Assembly (NCBI GenBank): GCA_030390025.1
Contig: CM059432.1
Coordinates: 84,756,001 to 84,820,000, forward strand
Direction: 5' to 3'
Source: Squalus acanthias
Lineage: Eukaryota
Length of the DNA stretch: 64,000 nt
The notes below the pieces were generated by a model that searched no databases, was not told where the DNA came from, and saw only the letters and a program-made list of their open reading frames with translations. How positions within the stretch are numbered: the stretch's first letter is position 1; each line of letters opens with the position of its first letter. A program made the position numbers and the translations under genes. Positions 58,643 to 64,000 of the stretch are shown piece by piece.

Positions 58643-59237
58643 GGCCTAAGCTTTCCGGCCCCGACACATCAGTTCTCTCATGGAAAGATGGAGCCAAATA
58701 TGTGCTCTGGGCTGCACTTTGCTGTGTCCCTGCTTCCCTCCTTTACTGGAAGGCAGTTCCTTTGATACAACAGGCACTTTGCCCATATGTGAAAGGCCAC
58801 ATGCAAATTACATGGAAATAGGGGAAACAAGGCCTCCTCCATGTTTCCCGCCCGATGTCCTTATTGAACACTGGATGCAGGGCTGCCTGTTAGGCTTGAT
58901 GTGCAGTGTTCCTTGGTTGGCAGAGAAGGCCTCAGTGGAGCAATGGAAGCAGGGTCTGTGCAATTGCTCTCAAAGCACGATGAGCACAGGCCCCATCGGG
59001 CGGAGAAGAAATTTGCAGCATAGCTGCCTGTTCCTCCCTCTGTAGTAAATCCCTAAGCCTACCACAGCAAGTCCCGGCTGAAAGTCTGGTGTGACTTCCC
59101 TGGTGGAGGCCATGGGAGCCCACCCCTGTGTGCAAATTACCCTGGGGTCAGAAGTACAGGCACGATCAGGAGGACATTTCTAAGGCAGGCAGAAGTCCTG
59201 CCCCACCATAGATGTCCCAAATAGGAAAGCCTAGGCC
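58643..59237. mobile_element. Harbinger-type MITE
   Basis: TIRs GGCCTAAGCTTTCC / GGAAAGCCTAGGCC; flanks GTT/ATT. Confidence 0.6.
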
Positions 59238-60075
59238 ATTGTTTTGACCTCAGTCTTTCTTAACTAAAATAAATATCTGATTTTAAAGTGGGGACGGCAA
59301 CGGAGCATGCGATCCCTGAAATGGACGATAACCAGGAGAGTCTGGTGATGTGGAGGACCAATCAACCTTAATGGCCGGGGCTCATTTACATAAATTCTCC
59401 CGGAGTCCTGTCTGAACCCAGCCAGATCCATTACCTGGTTTGGCGGCATGAGGCAGCAGCCGGTGGCCCGTGCAAGCGGTCGTTGGCCGTTTGTTGAGAT
59501 GGGGCGCTCTGGAGATGATCGGGTGGTGGCGGGGGGGCTTGTATCCACTTTCTGGCGGCAATCCAGGCAAAACTTTCTGGTCATGATTAAGGGTAGGGGG
59601 AGAGCCCAGAGCAAGGAAGGCCCAAGGCTTCCTTGTGAGACCTGGAGGAACACTGGCCCACAAGGAAATGTAAAATACTTTTTTCAAACTCACCTTGCTG
59701 TGCTTCTTCTGGCCCACAAACCCCCTCTCGACAGGTCTGGCCTCACAGGGAAGCCATCACTGCTCCCCCACTCAGGCCTCCAATTAATATTATAGTCAGG
59801 TCCCGATGTCATCATCGCATCTGATCCGCACAATTATAGAAGGATCCCACATCCTTCCTGCGGGTGTCCGGCTAGCCTGATCAAAAGGGCAGGTTAACGT
59901 CAGGACATGGCGGGCAGGCAGCGAGATCAGAAAGACAAGTGACTGGCCTAATTTTATCTGCTTCCCACTACTTTCCATCAGACGGGGGGAGTTAAAATCA
60001 ACACCACAAATTTTATTCTGGCGGCCTCCAGCAGTCCCTTTGAGGACTGTTGGTTCGGCTCCTCGTAGACCAGGT

Positions 60076-60400
60076 AATAAGAACATAAGAACATAAGACG
60101 TAGGAGCAGGAGTAGGTCATTTGGCCCCTCGAGCCTGCTCCGCCATTCAATAAGATCATGGCTGATCTGATCTTGGCCTCAACTCCACTTCCCTGCCTGC
60201 TCCCCATAACCCTTGACTCCCTTACCTTTCAAAAATCTGACTATCTCCACCTTAAATATATTCAATGACCCAGCCTCCACAGCTCTCTGGGGAAGAGAAT
60301 TCCAAAGATTCACGACCCTCTGAGAGAAGAAATTCCTCCTCATTTTCGATTTAAAAGGGTGCCCCCTTATCCTGAAATTATGCCCGCTAGTTCTAGATTC
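60076..60400 (-). mobile_element. CR1 LINE 3' end
   Basis: SRTSGHNFRI...RRNFFSQRVVNLWNSLP and (TTCTTATG)n tail. Confidence 0.88.
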
Positions 60401-61027
60401 AACAGGTTCAAGGCTCTTACTCCCTGTGAGGACGGGAGCAGGGACTGCAGGGAGGATGAGCAACCTGGCCACAGCACTGTGGTACGGGGAGCCATTCAAG
60501 TGGGGGGAGTAAAAAGAAATGTTGTAGTGGTAGGGGATAGTATCATTAAGGGGATAGATAGGGTTCTTTGCAGCCGAGAGCGAGAGTCCCGAAGGCTATG
60601 TTGCCTGCCCGGTGCCAGGGTTAAGGACATCTCCTCTGGGCTGGAGAGAAACTTGGAGTGGGAGGGGGAAGATCCAGTTGTCGTGGTCCATGTTGGTACC
60701 AATGACATAGATAGGACAAGGAATGAGGTTCTGCTGAGGGAGTATGAGCAGCTAGGGGCCAAATTAAAAAACAGAACCTCTAGGGTAGTAATCTCTGGAT
60801 TACTACCTGAGCCACGAGCAAATTTGGCTAGGGTAAATAAAATCAGAGGGTTAAATGCGTGGCTCAAAGACTGGTGTGGGAGAAATGGGTTTTGCTACCT
60901 GGGACACTGGCACCAGTACTGGGACAGGAGAGAGCTGTTCCGTTGGGACGGACTTCACTTGGCCAGTGCTGGGACTAGAGTCCTGGCGAATCGAATAACT
61001 AGGGCTGTAGAGAGGGCTTTAAACTAA
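60397..61027 (+). pseudogene. CR1 ORF1 SGNH esterase-like domain (5'-truncated element)
   Basis: VVGDSII, CLPGA, HVGTND and DGLHL blocks. Confidence 0.88.
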
Positions 61028-61065
61028 TTAGTGGGGGGGAGGTTTCAAGAGAGCAAAAAATAAAA

Positions 61066-64000
61066 ATGTCAGCGGAGAAGGCAATAGAGCAAAGTAGCAG
61101 TGGGGTAATTAAAAACCAGAGCGTGTCAGGAAGGGACAGAATATATAAAGATAAAGGTAAAGTAGTAAAGGGGGTAAAAGCAGGAATAAATTGTCACAAA
61201 ACATATTTAAAAGTTCTTTATCTGAATGCACGCAGCATTCGTAACAAAATAGACGAATTGACGGTACAAATAACTACGTATGGGTATGATCTTGTGGCCA
61301 TTACAGAAACATGGCTGCAGGGTGACAACGACTGGGAATTAAATATGCCAGGGTATTTAACAATCAGGAAGGACAGACAGGAAGGAAGAGGAGGTGGGGT
61401 AGCTATGTTAATAAAGGAAGGAATCACTGTATTACAGAGAAATGATATTGGGTCAAAGGATCAGGATAATGAAACAGTTTGGGTGGAGATAAGGAATAAT
61501 AAAGGGAAAAAAACACTAGTGGGAGTAGTATATAGGCCTCCTAATAGTTGCAACTCTGCTGGAAGAAGTATTAATCAGGAAATAGTTGGGGCATGTAATA
61601 AGGGAACAGCTATAATTATGGGGATTTTAACTATCATATTAACTGGACAAATCAAATTGGGCAGGGCAGCCTTGAGGAAGAGTTTATTGAGTGTATTAGG
61701 GATGGATTTCTTGAGCAGTATGTAACTGATCCTACAAGGGGGCAAGCAACCTTGGACCTGGTCCTGTGTAATGAGTCAGGATTAATTAATAATGTCCTAG
61801 TTAAGGATCCCCTTGGAATGAGTGACCATAACATGGTTGAATTCCATATCCAATTAGAGGGTGAGAAGGTTGGTTCTCAGACAAGCGTACTGAGCTTGAA
61901 TAAAGGAGACTATGATGGTATGAGAGCGGAATTGATTAAAGTGGACTGGGAAAATAGATTAAAGGGTAAGACGGTACATGAGCAGTGGTGTTCATTTAAG
62001 GAGTTATTTTACAACTTTCAAAAAATATATATTCCACTGAGGAAAAAAGGGTGTAAAAGAAATGACAGCCATCCATGGCTAAGTAAAGAAATTAAGGATA
62101 GTATCCAACTAAAAACAAGGACATATAAGGTAGCCAAACTTAGTGGGAGGATAGAAGATTGGGAAGTCTTCAAAAGACAGCAAAAAGTAACTAAAGGATT
62201 GATTAAGAAAGGGAAGATAGATTATGAAAATAAATTAGCAAAAAATATAAAAACAGATAGCAAGAGTTTCTATAGTTATATAAAAAGAAAAAGGGTGGCT
62301 AAGGCAAACGTAGGTCCCTTAGAGGATGAGACCGGGAAATTAATGGTGGGAAACATGGAGATGGCAAAAATGCTGAACAAATATTTTGTTTCAGTCTTTA
62401 CGGTAGAGGACACTAAGAATATCCCAACACTGGACAAACAGGGGGCTCTAGGGGGGGAGGAGCTAAATACGATTAAAATCACTAAGGAATTGGTACTCAG
62501 TAAAATAATGGGACTCAAGGCGGATAAATCCCCTGGACCTGATGGCTTACATCCTAGGGTCTTGAGGGAAGTGGCAATAGGGATTGTGGATGCTTTGGTA
62601 ATAATTTTCCAAAATTCCCTGGACTCAGCAAAGGTCCCGGCAGATTGGAAAACTGCTAATGTAACACCCTTATTTAAAAAGGGTAGTAGGCAGAAAGCTG
62701 GAAATTATAGACCAGTTAGTCTAACATCTGTGGTGGGTAAAATTTTGGAGTCTATTATTAAGGAGACAGTAACGGAACATTTAGATAAACATAATTTGAT
62801 AGGACAAAGTCAGCATGGCTTTATGAAGGGGAAATCATGTCTGACAAATTTGCTTGAGTTCTTTGAGGACATAACGTACAGGGTGGATAAAGGGGAACCA
62901 ATGGACGTAGTGTATTTAGACTTCCAGAAGGCATTCGACAAGGTGCCACATAAAAGATTATTGCTCAAGATAAAAAATCACTGGATTGGGGGGAATATTC
63001 TGGCATGGGTGGAGGATTGGTTATCTAACAGGAAGCAGAGAGTTGGGATAAATGGTTCATTCTCGGACTGGCAACCAGTAGCCAGTGGTGTTCCGCAGGG
63101 GTCGGTGCTGGGTCCCCAACTCTTTACAATCTATATTAACGATTTGGAGGAGGGGACCGAGTGTAACATATCAAAGTTTGCAGATGATACAAAGATGGGA
63201 GGGAAAGTAGAAAGTGAGGAGGACATAAAAAACCTACAAGGGGATATAGACAAGCTGGGTGAGTGGGCAGAGATTTGGCAGATGCAATACAATATTGGAA
63301 AATGTGAGGTTATGCACTTTGGCAGGAAAAATCAGAGAGCAAGTTATTATCTTAATGGTGAGAAACTGGAAAGTACTGCAGTACAAAGGGATCTGGGGGT
63401 CCTAGTGCAAGAAAATCAAAAAGTTAGTATGCAGGTGCAGCAGGTGATCAAGAAGGCCAACGGAATGTTGGCTTTTATTGCTAGGGGGATAGATTATAAA
63501 AACAGGGAGGTATTGCTGCAGTTATATAAGGTATTGGTGAGACCGCATCTGGAATACTGCATACAGTTTTGGTGTCCATACTTAAGAAAAGACATACTTG
63601 CTCTCGAGGCAGTACAAAGAAGGTTCACTCGGTTAATCCCCGGGATGAGGGGGTGGACATACGAGGAGAGGTTGAGTAGATTGGGACTCTACTCATTGGA
63701 GTTCAGAAGAATGAGAGGCGATCTTATTGAAACATATAAGATTGTGAAGGGGCTTGATCGGGTGGATGCGGTAAGGATGTTCCCAAGGATGGGTGAAACT
63801 AGAACTAGGGGGCATAATCTTAGAATAAGGGGCTGCTCTTTCAAAACTGAGATGAGGAGAAACTTCTTCACTCAGAGGGTAGTAGGTCTGTGGAATTTGC
63901 TGCCCCAGGAAGCTGTGGAAGCTACATCATTAAATAAATTTAAAACAGAAATAGACAGTTTCCTAGAAGTAAAGGGAATTAGGGGTTACGGGGAGCGGGC
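61066..64000 (+). pseudogene. CR1 ORF2 (APE endonuclease plus RT) with one frameshift near 61620; runs off the window
   Basis: YLNARS, ITETWL, YRPP, (M)GDFN broken by a 1-nt loss, SDH, SPGPDG, NYRPVSL, PQGSVLGP, FADD; the frame at 61623 equals the frame at the window end. Confidence 0.9.

Noticed and set aside
60076..61027. Head-to-head CR1 pieces as a twin-priming inversion; the 222-aa ORF as a host esterase
   Set aside because: The inverted piece is a 3' end with its own tail and differs clearly from the long copy's 3' region, so these are separate insertions; the esterase is CR1 ORF1.

Overview
Repeat-dense vertebrate genomic DNA, almost certainly from a shark or ray (V-SINE/HE1-type and DeuSINE/SacSINE1-type SINEs, abundant CR1, Penelope and Harbinger elements). 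The only host gene is the 3' end of TRPA1: six minus-strand coding exons between 56373 and 40380, covering the S4-S5 linker to the stop codon. The main object is a 12.8-kb, apparently intact and very recently integrated provirus at 11356-24138 (minus strand). It has 1.66-kb LTRs that differ by eye only by one microsatellite unit, a 4-bp TSD (GGAA), and a perfect 18-nt tRNA-Arg(TCG) PBS overlapping the gag ATG. Gag carries an overlapping PSAP/PPxY late domain and is joined in frame to pol by a single UGA-CUAG readthrough codon. Pol has a dead RNase H followed by an active one. Env is a furin-cleaved F-type fusion protein preceded by an immunoglobulin-like domain. This architecture best fits a lokiretrovirus-like element; the Ig-F Env fusion is the most unusual part. 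The provirus sits inside an ORF1-only Tx1/L1-like element, which itself splits a SINE. Other notable items are a hAT element carrying decayed tRNA genes, three Penelope hammerhead ribozyme motifs, a decayed two-gene Harbinger and a decayed Gypsy. All family assignments are from motif recognition by eye; no searches were run.
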